NCBI GenBank assembly: GCA_011109175.1
Contig: RDEW01000005.1
Span: 1,973,267-2,037,266 of the forward strand
From: Dicyema japonicum
Lineage: Eukaryota > Animalia > Dicyemida
Direction: 5' to 3'
DNA: 64,000 nucleotides
This document shows positions 50,483-63,067 of this stretch, piece by piece; position 1 is the stretch's first letter, and the number at the start of each line of letters is the position of its first letter. Position numbers and translations under genes: made by a program. The notes under the pieces were generated by a model. The model ran no database searches. It had not been told where the DNA came from and saw nothing but the letters and a program-made list of their open reading frames with translations.

Positions 50483-51412
50483 ATGAAGTCAACGGTTGCT
50501 GCAAATAAGAAAAAAGTTCGGAAAAAACAAGATGATTTAATCTTGGAGAGGAAAAAAAAAATTTTGGAGAAAAATGAAAAATCAGATTTAGATAAAAATG
50601 TCTTAAATCACCGCAAAACTCTGGTTAAGCAAGCTCTTCAAGAAGCCCAAAAGAAAGAGGATCCTGTGAACTTCGATAGAGAAGAAAAACTGAAAGAATT
50701 ACAGAAAGAAAGAATTGAAAGAAAAAAAATGTTACCTAAGACTACGAGTACTACTACACATAGAATAGTGTTTAACATCCATCCTCCGCACTCGAAGCCA
50801 CATCCCCCTAGGTATGATTCAAGACTAATTCTAATAGGCATTCAGTGAAAGTACTTCCTCATTTGGATGTTCCATATATTGATATTTTCGAACCAAAAAA
50901 TCCACTCGTTCGTGTGAACTATATAAGTCGTCCTTTAACTACCCTGCAGACTAGAATGATTAGTAAGCAATCAGAAACGACACAGGAAACAACAAAACCA
51001 ACTCTGACGACTACAACATCAACCATAACTGTACGAACAACTCGCCACCCAATCACCACAAAAAACAATTTTTTTGAATCCTTAGATGCTACTGAATCGA
51101 TTAGGTTCCATTAAATTTATAAATTTAGAAATAAATTCTACAGGAATGAATTTTCAACACCAAGACCATTTAAACAGTACAAACCAAGAGATTCACAAAT
51201 CATTAGAAATGAAAATGTGTATTCTTTCAAAAAACCAAAAAATCAGAAATATTCCGCGAAACTGAACCCCGGCTTATCTTTCGCTTTCGTTATCATAAGT
51301 AAAATTCTATAACAATCTCATTTAAGGTTTGATCGGAATCTTTTTAATATCAATGACTACTTACCAAAAAGTCAACCAACCATCGACATCCAACAAATCC
51401 AGTTTGCTTTAA
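50483..51412 (+). CDS. Orphan Lys-rich/Thr-rich protein with C-terminal TM helix
   Basis: Three mini-introns (26, 24 and 28 nt) join the ORFs; TM LSFAFVIIS|LIGIFLISM near the C-terminus; start codon uncertain. Confidence 0.55.
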
Positions 51413-52059
51413 GTTTTCAAACAATGAGGAATGGAATTAATTAGTCGTTAATTAATTTAAATTTTAAAATAAATTAATTAATAATTAAATGAATAAGACA
51501 ATCTGTATAATTTCAGAAAGGGAGGGAGCTTAGATGCACTACGAGAGCTTGCTCGCGACAGGCACAAGTGGAAGAGGATGACGTTTTAATTAGATTCTCA
51601 AGTTGCACATCTTTTGCGGACTCAGGGAGCAACACGGATACGAGCTGTGGGGTCTGGTAGTACGTGTCTTGTTCTGGTCTTTACTTGTGGCTTTTGGAAT
51701 AAATAATGGGCTACACTCTCTCACGTTTCAAATGTCGTTTGAGTCCTGATAGAACGAATATAAAACTAGAAACAAAAGATAAGTTATCGGCGGTAGTAAT
51801 GAAATTGGAAAATCTGAAGGTTAAGCAATTTAATCTCTTCTACACATGAAACTACTAGGGACCTTGAACGTAAAAGACGCCGAGATGATTGAAATTATTG
51901 ATTGGCTTTAGCGTAATTTATTGGGGGTAGCTTAATAAGCAGTGATATACTCTTCTAAGCTTTTTATCTTTTTGTTCAAATAGAATGATTTTTTTGGGTA
52001 CTAGAACATTTGGCCGACAGACGTTTAGTATACATGTTACATTATGTAAGCATGTAGAA

Positions 52060-52700
52060 AAAGCCACAATTGAATCCACTATCATTTACCATAGATTATG
52101 AGCGAGCAGTGATCAATGCTATCAACAGAATTTTTCCAAATGCAAATGTGTATGGCTGCTACTTTCACTTTAAGCAGTGTTTATGGCGAAAAATACAAAA
52201 TCTAGGACTGCAGGCATGGTATAATGACCCATTAAATGAAAACTTAATTAAAAGTATTCAAGCACTGTCAATTGTTCCTGTACCTTAAGTCATTGAGAGT
52301 TTCCGAGCGCTCCTTGAAACTATAGATGACGAGACTTTACCATAAACTCCCTGTTATTCAGTCGAAATATCTCTTTGAGTCCAGTGGGCTATCCTCACGG
52401 CATGCCAGTTCTACAAGTTGGGAGGTAGCAGAAGCGTACTCTTCATCGTATACATTCATCCCATGCTTATGTTCAATGAGCATACTTTCGACCGTTCTCT
52501 TCAGCACAACGATTGGATGTAAGTCCTCGTTGATTTTTCAATAGATAATTTACCCATATGATTCTTGAAGCATCTTGAGACAACTTCATCCCATGTCAAA
52601 ACCACTGCAATAATCTTCACTTGGCATTTATAGAGCAGCGAAAGTTCATTTGCAAGCAAAATATAATGTCCAAAAGTGGTAGTTAGATTTCTTTATTACA
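52060..52700 (+). mobile_element. MULE (Mutator-like) transposase remnant
   Basis: IDYERAVINAINRIFPNANVYGCYFHFKQCLWRKIQNLGL is the MULE DDE signature; broken downstream. Confidence 0.85.
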
Positions 52701-54006
52701 TCGACTTGAAACTTTTATTAATCATGAGAATTCTGTGGTTATCTACATCGATGTCTCTGATCACCAATCAAACAAGAAATATGGTTCCCTAACCTGCCAG
52801 CATTATAATTACCGTAAATGAACTCAACCAGGCATGCCAAACTCAAAAAAATCCAGGAACTACATAAGATAATTTTAATATAAAAGCGGGCTGCACTAAC
52901 AAATCTGAAAAATGATTAGCAGTTCCGACCTTGATATGAGATGGCAAGTATTCATCAGTCAGCCTTATTCTCTGAGAGGATTTGTTGATTTCACCAAGTA
53001 AAACAACTATTCACACATAAGTCGCCATTATCCTAGCTAAAAATTTTCTGAAGTTTTAAACTTTTCAGGAAGGTATGATCCGCCCCAATGTCGTCGACTA
53101 TATTACAATCCTTTATGTGGGCTACACGCCTGGTTGCAAATGGCCACAAGTTTTACCTGCCAATTGTATTGGGGTTTCTTGATCAAACCGCTTTTTAGAA
53201 CCGAAGACGGATAATTTAATTTGTTACTCCAATCTAGATTAAAAAAACCTTCGAGGTCCAACCGCAATTGTCGAATACTCCCACAATCCCTCAAAGACAG
53301 TCGAGGACCCGGATCTCAGAAAATCTATTCAAGAAGTGAATAGATTTTGGTTAGTGTGGATGAATCATATGTCAAAATTAGTTTATACTAAAAATATCCA
53401 AAGAATCTGGAAGAGAAATTATGGAAATGATTCCAATATTTAATTTAGAATCACATTAGGCATCATCCTAGTATAGCTTCTGACAGATGATCCCACAAGT
53501 TATCTTTCAATTTTGGCCGGACGGGATTTAAACTTGTATTTTCATGGATCTGAACTTCAGTTTCCAATGTCTCCGAAGTTTGCCACCTCAAGAACATAAA
53601 AAGAAAGACACGGGCTTTTATTTACTGTGAAGATATAGACAATTCGCGTAATAGTCCACCTCAACCATCGGTTAACTTAGGAATACATCGAAACACTAAT
53701 GGACTCAAATCCAAGACTGCTTCGAACAAGGAGTTATTAAATAAATAAATGAATGATAGAATAGTTGTACTCGAAAGATTCCTTTTATGGAAATATCACA
53801 AAAATTTACTAAAAGAACCATTTTGGACAAACAGGATGACATGAATAATAAATAATAAAGCACGTGGGTATCTGATATGGCTGGATGAATTGAAGGAAAT
53901 AATTGATATTTTTGGTTAAATTTGGAAATAGTTTTTGCGTCCTCGAATTGTCAATAATGTAACTTGGCTAAAATAATAATCTAAATTGACGATAAATCAG
54001 AAAATC

Positions 54007-55314
54007 ATGTTTTCGAAGCTGTCACTCAAAAGGAAAAACCCCTCGGATGAGCAGGATCAAACTCTCTCTGGTTCCTTGCCTTTGAAAACCCTAAAACCCG
54101 TGGATTTCATGAAAAAGCCAAGTAAAAAAGATTTGCAGAATTTGTTTAAACACGTTCAAATTGCTGGAAACAATGCCAACGATGTTGTTGATTACCCAAA
54201 AGTCGATAACCTGAGGAAAATGTGGGTAATTGGTTTGAAAGAATACATAAAGAGGGAATCAGACGGGAGACACGATGATTTGAGGTCAGTGGAAGAAAAA
54301 TCAGCTGATGTTATTTTTGATTTACTACCAATGTTGGAGAATTTCGGTCAAAATCCAAATTTTAACACATTCATTGTCAGTCGAATGCCAGGAAAAGTTG
54401 GATTCGGCAGTTATGACCCTGCAAAAAGATTCGGGACCGATAGTTATGGGAATATTTTACCAGAAACTCCAATTGATGTTTTGAAACTCACCTTGGAACC
54501 CGAATTTAATCAATCATCAGACGATATTAGAAACTTCAAAAAAAAGTTGTCAAACATAAAAAGAACGAATTCTGAAAACAAGATCGGCCGAACTCCTCCA
54601 ATTCCAACTAAAAAAGTATCATCCAAGACTCAGCTACAAACAAGACAGTCAATGACCACCGTAGCACCAGATTTTACGACCGTTAGAAATATTACGACTT
54701 TAGTCATTACGAATAAAAAACCAGAAATAAAAAAGAATCTGATTCAACCAAAGTTGTCGCCAATAGGCAACAAATTGAGCCGATGCGGGATTAGAAGTAC
54801 TATTTTGTCGATATCTCTAATAATTGGTAAAATGTACAAACCAGAAATAAAAAAGAATCTGATTCAACCAAAGTTGTCGCCAATAGGCAACAAATTGAGC
54901 CGATGCGGGATTAGAAGTACTATTTTGTCGATATCTCTAATAATTGGTAAAATGTACATTTTTATATATTTAGGACTCATTGGGATTGCCTTGGTCTCAT
55001 TTTATGGGAAACAGGACCGAAAGATTATATGTAATTCTATGAAGATCCAATCTCATAGTCTCGACTTGATCGACGTCATCGACATGAAGAACCCGAATGT
55101 AAAAGGGTGGATCTCTTACAGTTCAAGAAATAATCCGTCAATCACTTATTTTGTTGGAAAGAATCAAAAGGAGTTGGGAATAATGGGAGAGGGAAGATAT
55201 TTGCTTATCAAAAAATACGATGGGAATACAATCAATGTTGAAATTCACGAATACAAGCAAAATTATAATAAAGTTTATGGAGATTACGAAGGAATCCTTA
55301 CCTGCGTTAAATAA
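54007..55314 (+). CDS. Orphan membrane protein (long N-terminal region, TM, ~100-aa C-terminal domain)
   Basis: 1.3-kb open frame; probable in-frame 27-nt intron inside the TM (II G|LIGIALVSF); internal 120-bp exact duplication. Confidence 0.6.
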   Translation: MFSKLSLKRKNPSDEQDQTLSGSLPLKTLKPVDFMKKPSKKDLQNLFKHVQIAGNNANDVVDYPKVDNLRKMWVIGLKEYIKRESDGRHDDLRSVEEKSADVIFDLLPMLENFGQNPNFNTFIVSRMPGKVGFGSYDPAKRFGTDSYGNILPETPIDVLKLTLEPEFNQSSDDIRNFKKKLSNIKRTNSENKIGRTPPIPTKKVSSKTQLQTRQSMTTVAPDFTTVRNITTLVITNKKPEIKKNLIQPKLSPIGNKLSRCGIRSTILSISLIIGKMYKPEIKKNLIQPKLSPIGNKLSRCGIRSTILSISLIIGKMYIFIYLGLIGIALVSFYGKQDRKIICNSMKIQSHSLDLIDVIDMKNPNVKGWISYSSRNNPSITYFVGKNQKELGIMGEGRYLLIKKYDGNTINVEIHEYKQNYNKVYGDYEGILTCVK

Positions 55315-55454
55315 TTAGTTTAATTTTTCGATTTTTATAGTTTTTTGGATATTTCTAATTTTAAAAGTAGTTCACTTGGTTGGTTAAGTCGGTGTCACCT
55401 CTCTAATGATGCATATGTCCTTATCGTATTCTCAGTCTATCTATCCTATTCCGC

Positions 55455-55620
55455 TTACAGTTGCAATATTCAACGTCAGAGGACTTGCTTCGAAGACTAA
55501 ATAAGAGACCTTTTGGATTCCTCGGTGAACTGAGACATGCGAGGAAAAAGGTTACATTGAGAAAACCGCTAGAATGGATAGTGAAGAGCACGACACAAGC
55601 GGAACCCTAAGTATTCATAT
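55455..55620 (+). mobile_element. LINE APE-endonuclease N-terminal fragment
   Basis: FNVRGL...ET motif; homologous copy at 61905-62070 (FNLRGL...QET). Confidence 0.5.
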
Positions 55621-56829
55621 GGTTATGGGTAACACTGGAGTGCATTTCCTAACATATTAGCTCACTAATTTCTCTGTATGTCTCCATTATAATTTCTATA
55701 TTAAGTGATGACTGAGATATTTCCCAATATGGCCGCCATGACTTAAGGTTCCTCATTTAAATAATTGTAATAGGGGACAATATGTTTTTTGATCATCGGT
55801 NATAGTGAAGAGCTCGACACATGCGGAACCCTAAGTATTCATATGGTTATGGGTAACACTGGAGTGCATTTCCTAACATATTAGCTCACTAATTTCTCTG
55901 TATGTCTCCATTATAATTTCTATATTAAGTGATGACTGAGATATTTCCCAATATGGCCGCCATGACTTAAGGTTCCTCATTTAAATAATTGTAATAGGGG
56001 ACAATATGTTTTTTGATCATCGGTAAGGCACAGATAATGGAGATACCTAATTTCTTTAATTGGAAGTGTAGCAATCCCAAAAAAGAATATACAGTAGGAC
56101 CTCTCGAATTTAAATGCTAAATAATTTATTCTAGTTAATACTTAAAATTCTAAATTTTTGATTAAAACAAGCGGATTCTAGAAATCGGCAGATTCGAGAA
56201 GTTTGACTATATTTTGCGAATTGTAAAGAAATTGACTCTACTCCTACTGCATCATCAATTTGTGTTGAAATTGATAAGTTATTAAGATGGAGATTCAACG
56301 AGATAATTTTCTTTTTCTGATTACTGATTCGACACAATACACTTGCGGTATATGACAATATAATTTTTAGCCGGAAATTCGCTAAAATTATTCTATCCAA
56401 ATCATTCTCTGTTTGAAAGTCTGGGCACTATCGCAGAGAATTATTTGGAGATGATGAAATTGATTATAAAGACTGAACGTGAAGATTATCATATAGTAAG
56501 CATTTTCGGATCTGAACAGATTAAGTTCAAACAAGGTCCTTGTAACGTGAAAAAATATGTATCCAAATCTTCGATATGCTGGGATTTTAGAAATGATAAC
56601 TATTCAAATAGAAGAACTCCACCTTTAGTATATGCGAGTCTTAGAAGATGTACTGCCAGTTCAAAAATTCTCTCCAAGGATCGCAACTCTAAACCCGATA
56701 ATTACAATCAATATTTGATTCCATTCGATAATAAAAGATTTTATAGGCATATTTAATTATGTTTAAATTTTATAGGTAAAAATTTGCTATTTTTCGGTTT
56801 CCCTACAAATTATTAAAAGGAAGAATTAA

Positions 56830-56990
56830 GGGATGCTCTTACTTTTTTCTTTATTTTTGTTACGTGAGTCCTTTATAGACGATCCGGTTCCGCAGTGAAG
56901 TATTGAGGCATCATTTGTCAATCCAAAACATGTAGATCCGTGGAACCTTCAGCCAGAATGTACAACAGCGAGATCCGAACCAAAGTCCCT
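56830..56990 (-). mobile_element. SINE family A, diverged copy
   Basis: gatccggttccgcagtgaag...gtagatccgtggaaccttcagccagaatgtacaacagcgagatccgaacc matches the family. Confidence 0.65.
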
Positions 56991-57109
56991 TTGACTATCC
57001 ATTAGGATTTGTTGTATGAATATACGCTTATATTATTATTACCCGGAACACAGAGAAAGAAGTTGACAATTTAAAAAAAATATATTTTGTTTTAATTAAA
57101 AAAAATTTA

Positions 57110-57960
57110 AATAACAGTCATTTGACGAAGCTTGTCGGAAATGGAACGAGTCCAGACTCAAAATCTCTGAAAACACAACGAAGCAAAGTAATTGGGATAA
57201 TATTGTCTGCTCCAAAAATTTGGAAGACCTTAAAAAAGAAGCAAANACGAGTCCGGACTCAAAATCTCTGAAAACACAACGAAGCAAAGTAATTGGAATA
57301 ATATTGTCTGCTCCAAAAATTTGGAAGACCTTAAAAAAGAAGCAAATCAACATCGTTCGGTTTGTTTGGTTTCAGCTTCAAGTGGAGGAAGTGGAGAATG
57401 GCTTGGTGCAATACCTTGCCTAAACCTAGGTACTTTTTTGGACGACGATTCTTTGAGGATTGGAATCGGACAAAGGATAGGACTAGATGTTTGCCAGGAG
57501 CACCGATGCCGATGCGAGAAAACAATCGATGCGAAGGATTGCACCCGCTGTCCTGCAGAAGAAGCGCCGGAAGAGGACCACGTCATGCTGCTCTGAACGA
57601 TGTAATCGTCAGAGCTCTGAATGCTAAGGCTTCCTATCACAGCTTGAACCAGTGGGTCTCGATCGAGGAGATGGAAAGAGACCTGATGGAATGACCCTTT
57701 TCCCTTTCATCAGGAAGATCTTTGGTCTGAGACGAAACTTGTGATGACAAATTTTCAAGCACGAATTTTTTCAAATTGGTTCAGACACCTAGAGCAGCTG
57801 CTTCGACCGCGGAAAACCTAAAAATCAAGCGAACTCGAAGGAATGCTTGCCAGAAAAAAAGGGGATCAACAAGAAAGGTTATGGCTGAGACAAAAGATTG
57901 AAATGGCCATACTCCGAGGGAACTTGTTCGCGATCCACGCAGCCGGCTTCTTCAACTAAC
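57110..57960 (+). mobile_element. CRE-like retroelement 3' part, degraded
   Basis: LKKEANQHR...SGEWLGAIP...LRIGIGQRIG...HAALND; homologous to 42687-43671. Confidence 0.85.
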
Positions 57961-58229
57961 ATTTGTTTCTTTGTGTAATAATTGTCTTTAATAAAAAAAA
58001 TTAAATAGCATATTTTAAAAATAACAATTAATTATTTATTGCGGAAAGATTTAACTCCCTCAAAAGTTTTGAAACATGAAATTTTTCTTGCATCCCCTAC
58101 GTTCTCAAGGAGCTCCTTCTTATAAAACATGTCTTGAAAACGCTTTCTGATTATCGTCGCCATCTGGAACATTAAGATCGACAGGTCCACAGCTACCCAT
58201 AATGACATAGATACATGTAGTCTGGAATA

Positions 58230-59270
58230 ATGTTTAAGACCATATCCATCAAATTCTTCGAAGAGTTTTAAGAGGACCAACACACACTTCATGCAGAGTT
58301 GCCTGAACCCATCCATAACCATCAAAATTTATATTTAAAATCGCTTCAAGGGTTGACTTAATTTCATCATCAAGGAGAGATAGGAGATCTTCATCATAAA
58401 AAGATAACTTTGGTAGTTGAGAAGCAGAGGACAGTTTTTGAGCATAAAAGTTCAACATGGCTCTACAGAAAAGTAAATCTGTTGACGAACTTGTCAAGAA
58501 GTGTCCTTTGTCACTTGTTGACCTCCTTATTTGATCTTTATTCCACGTCAAAGAAAATCAAGAGAGCAGAAGTCCGCAATTTGAATATCTGGGACAATAT
58601 CTTCTATTCGTTTTCTGAAGAATGCAATATGGACTAAGTTCAAATTAACCACTCCACATTTCTTTGTGTTAACTTAACGTCCAATTCTTTGAAATTTCTC
58701 GGTAATAGTTGTTACTTTAAAATAGCATTTAAAGGACTTCCTTCATGGATGCAATAGTCGAGGTACCATAAATTTCTTGCACCATATGGTCAATCGCCAA
58801 TGAAAAAAAAGGGGACCCTGTGTCATCCTGCTTTACTCCCGTCTCAAAAGGAGTGATTTCATTTATTAAAATGAGGGTAGAAGGACTCGAATATGATAAG
58901 TGAATAATGAAATATATTTTCTGCTTTTCTTTTACGAAAATATATAGAATGATACCTATTCTGACCGAGTTGAAAACGTTGCGTAGATCTTCGAAGAGGA
59001 GGCAATCCTCAGCTTCAGATGATAGCCTGACGAACTTCCTAACCGTATGGACCCTCAATTCGCATTCGCCACTGACTCACACGCTCAGTTTTAATGGACA
59101 CACGTCGGCCAAAATATTCGCAGTGACCGATCGAACAAGCAATCATTTCAGAAAAGCAGCGGAAAACGTTGCTAACTGTAATAGGACAGATAAGAAGAGC
59201 TGTTTAGGATTCTCGATCCCGCCGGACTCGTCCTCTCCTTTGTCGGTCTGGGGTCACTTAGTTAGATGAG
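58230..59270 (-). mobile_element. CRE-like RT fragment
   Basis: VFNSVR, LSYSSPS, TGVKQ and WVQATL motifs; homologous to the 48560 copy. Confidence 0.7.
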
Positions 59271-59434
59271 AACTTTTATCTCTTTATCTTTGACCCAGTG
59301 ATCCTGAGGGTAATAATGATAATAATCCATCCAAAGTGGTCCCCGCCGGTATTACCGACGTTGCGTTGCCTCTCACGGTTGCAACATAGATCAACTGGAG
59401 AAGTCACCGGATCTCAGTTAACAAAGCAGAATCA

Positions 59435-59665
59435 TATAACGTCATACAAGTTTATCAAGAACAGCATAAAAGGTAAAAGACGTCCATTCCTTGTAGTTGT
59501 GGAAACCCCTCGAGTGGAGTGGGGGAGAGAAAATGATCCTTTTTCGCCCAGTGAATCACATGAAGAAACTATATTATAAAAGGGATGAGGAGGAACAGAC
59601 AAAATAATCAGAAATCTTCAATCAAGTAACCACATGACACCACGATAGCGTTGGCGTCACGTGGA
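59435..59665 (-). repeat. Interspersed repeat family B
   Basis: Similar to 37075-37310. Confidence 0.75.
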
Positions 59666-60719
59666 TTATAAATCTTTAACAACAATGGAACATAGGTACC
59701 AGGAAAAAATTTCCGCTAGAACATCGAGAGGTTTAACACACCGGTAGTTAATTAAGTCAGTAAACGAATCAGCTTGGGGATACTTTATTGAGTAATGGAC
59801 AGAGTGGTCCAGGTAATGTGTGAAAGAACACAGAACGAATTACATATTTTATGTAATGATAATGGATTAGTCATAAAATTAGCTACAATTTATTATGGGA
59901 GGCAAAGGGAGAGGGCGTATTCACCCCTAGATAATTTTGATTTCGAAAGAGATAACATTTAAATTTAAGAATTTCAGAGCTAATTTAAAGGCAGACGATT
60001 ACTGTCTTAGTTTTTAGAGCTATAGCCAGATGGGATTCAAATCTATAACGTTTCTTGTAAGTTTGTCTCTACGACGTTTCTTTGGATCAAAAATTATATG
60101 TGATGTCTCCAAGTACTTTATTTTTCCTTGTATACTGAAAGAACGGGTACGAAGGATTACATTTTCAAAGACATGCAACCCGTCTCAAGATAGTGGTTAA
60201 TGAGGATGACTCAGCTTTCGTGACTAAGCTTTCGTTAATCCTGTCATTATTTAGTAAAAGATTAACCCCAAGCTTGTATTCTCCAAAAAGGTCATTCNTT
60301 CAGAGACATGTAACCCGTCTCAAGATAGTGGTTAATGAGGATGACTCAGCTTTCGTGACTAAGCTTTCGTTAATCCTGTCATTATTTAGTAAAAGATTAA
60401 CCCCAAGCTTGTATTCTCCAAAAAGGTCATTCTGGATGGCAATCTGGAACACGTGTTATAGATTTAGTGAACTTATTTTGTTGAATAAAATTTGACGTCT
60501 TCATTTACAAATCTTAAATCTATCAACATACAATTGGGAATATGGCAAAATGGGGGATCGGTTCGCATTCCAGCCGAACTCNTGTATTCTCCAAAAAGGT
60601 CATTCTGGATGGCAATCTGGAACACGTGTTATAGATTTAGTGAACTTATTTTGTTGAATAAAATTTGACGTCTTCATTTACAAATCTTAAATCTGTCAAC
60701 ATACAATTGGGAATATGGC

Positions 60720-60930
60720 AAAATGGGGGATCGGTTCGCATTCCAGCCGAACTCCGTTGAGATGGCCGGCGTGCCTGGCCCGAGCGCGTTTGAGTTTATC
60801 AGGTTTATCTTGCGGCCTGTAGGACTTCAGAAAAAAGAGTCTAGAATGACACGATGGCTCTTTCGGAACATAGGGATCGCGATCATGAGGGTTAACCCCC
60901 ATTGCTTGCTCAGTGACTGCAGGCCATAAT
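60720..60930 (+). mobile_element. CRE-like 3' terminal fragment
   Basis: RFAFQPNSVEMAGVPGPSA...RWLFRNIGIAIMRVN. Confidence 0.65.
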
Positions 60931-61299
60931 GTACACCTTGGCACAATAATTGATTTGTCGATTTTGCTTAATATTAATTTTAGGCAAAATTTAGATAGAA
61001 CATTCTAAACGATTTTATATAAAGGACCAGAGTTCTCGAAACTATCAACACGTGTTTTAAACAAACGCATTCAAGGAAACCAACCTTGCTCATACATTAC
61101 CTTAACTTCCTCCTCTAAAGAAAAAAACTCTTCTAGTAAGTTTCATTTTTTTATGAAGGCTTCTCGAACATCCAGAATACTATAAAATGTTAAAACCTTG
61201 GGATATCCACGTGGAGAGCTACAAGAAAGTGCTTTAATGTATTTTTATAATTTGTTCTGAAAATTTCTAAATCATTCCTATCTCTTGAATGCGACATTT

Positions 61300-61650
61300 T
61301 CCAATGTCATGGATTAATCTCCACAACGGGGAAGGCTTCTTCTCTTATCTCGGGCAAACGTCCAGATATAGTTTGATGTCCGGCCCGAAAGTATGATCAG
61401 GGAACTTTGTCATCTTGAGGAAGTCCGGGTTCCGTAAGGTATTCCATGATTGGTGGGACGTTTATTTTTCTCTCTACTAACGAAGGGGACGTCTTTTTCG
61501 ACGACCTCAATAATATTCTGAGACATCCGTCTTGTAACACTTCCAGCTTGCTCTGTGCCGATACTGATGGCGGTGCAATCCATGCAACACAGGAGTACTC
61601 GGTGAAACAAATTGTTTGTATCAACATTTCAAAAAATTGATTAAACATTT
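61300..61650 (-). mobile_element. I/Jockey-like LINE post-RT fragment
   Basis: EYSCVAW...KLEVLQDGCLRILL; a related segment lies at ~29700-29830. Confidence 0.6.
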
Positions 61651-62102
61651 GAAAACTGATTAAATCGATAATATTGATTTAAGGTTAGTTTTCAAACGAA
61701 CAGATAAAATAGTGGTAATTAAATTTTAAAGGCCGACAAGTTAATATAAATTGTTTCTAAAAAACCTCAACGCAGTCTTCAAGTCGACGAAATTAGGACT
61801 CAAATATTTTAGCTTTGTTTCCAAGCACCATATGTTGGTTGAGTGGTTGATATTTCTCTAATAATGTCAATATCTTTAGCGTACTCTCAGTCTGTATATT
61901 CTACCCCATTATAACTTTCAACTTAAGAGGACTCGCTTCGAACGCTAAACAGGAGACCTTATGGATTACTCGATAAACTAAAACGTGTGAGGAGGAAAGC
62001 TACATTGAGAAACTAGTAGAACGGATAGTGAAAATCACGACACAAGCGGACCTCTAAGTATTCATAATAACAGCCTTTTTATTTGATCCATAATATTTAT
62101 AG

Positions 62103-62320
62103 CTCCGCATAGGCAGTACACACACTTTATTTGAGTAAAGAACAGTTAGATTAACTAATCTATGAAAGGGAAGAACTTATTTTTTTCTTTTTCTTGCGCG
62201 AGTCCTATTCAGACAATCCGGTTCCGCAGTGAAACATTTACTGATGACGGCGTTACTCGTCATAACCAGAGCAACATAGATGAGTGGAACTTTCAGGCGG
62301 AATGCACAGAATCGAGATTT
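62103..62320 (-). mobile_element. SINE family A copy
   Basis: ctccgcataggcag tail and ctgatgacggcgttactcgtca core. Confidence 0.8.
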
Positions 62321-62329
62321 GTCATTACA

Positions 62330-62660
62330 AGGTTTTGAAACTTCCCTTTTGAAATCGGGAAAGCTCTTGTCTGGGACGTCACCTTCACCGACACATTTGC
62401 ACCTTGCAATATAAAGGACCTACATCAGAGTGCCTCTGGAGCCTGCTTTGCCGCTGAAAAAGTCAAGAGATCAAAACGGGCAAAATACACTGTCTAAATG
62501 AGGAATTTTGTTTGTTCCGCTCGCGGTTGAAACGTCTGGTTCCCTTGCGCCTGCGAAGTTAGAACTTTTGAGTCGTCTAGGGAGTCGGATTTATACACGG
62601 CCAGGAGATCCCCGTGAACCCTGGTGGCTATTGGAGCGGATCTCTCTAGCCATCTTCGGA
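62330..62660 (+). mobile_element. CRE-like 3' fragment
   Basis: LVWDVTFTDTF, FVPLAVETSG and WLLERISLAI motifs. Confidence 0.75.
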
Positions 62661-63067
62661 ATATATATTTCTTTTTTTATCAAACTTAAACGGTAATAAA
62701 AAATAAAGCAGTATGTGTGCACACAAAGATAAAAAATTCAGAAAATGCAAAATGTATTTTATTGATTGGATTGGTATCAATTTTAAAGAACTTTCTTCCA
62801 TAATGTTGAAAAAGAGTAGTATCGACCAAGAAAAACATCAGTTATTAAAGGAATGACATAGTCTTAACTATTTTCATTTCTTATTCAATAAATGACGCAT
62901 TGGCTGATAATCATTAACTAATTTTCCATTGAGCTGCTAAAATCACCTATGTAAAAATTATAAGGTCATTGACATTTTAGCACTCGAAATGTTCCTTCCT
63001 TAAACTATAAAACTCTTAAAGATAGCTAAATTTGGACTAACAAAGATAAAAATCAATAATATAAAAG

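Noticed and set aside
54718-54957. Exact 120-bp in-frame duplication in the 442-aa ORF (40-aa repeat)
   Set aside because: Identical copies that end inside the predicted intron; same pattern as the assembly overlaps (also 12706-13000, 23786-24010 and 40475-40740), so treated as a probable artefact pending reads
56445-56756. 103-aa ORF after a lone cagtaggacctctcg TIR-like motif at ~56095
   Set aside because: No matching second TIR and no recognisable transposase motif
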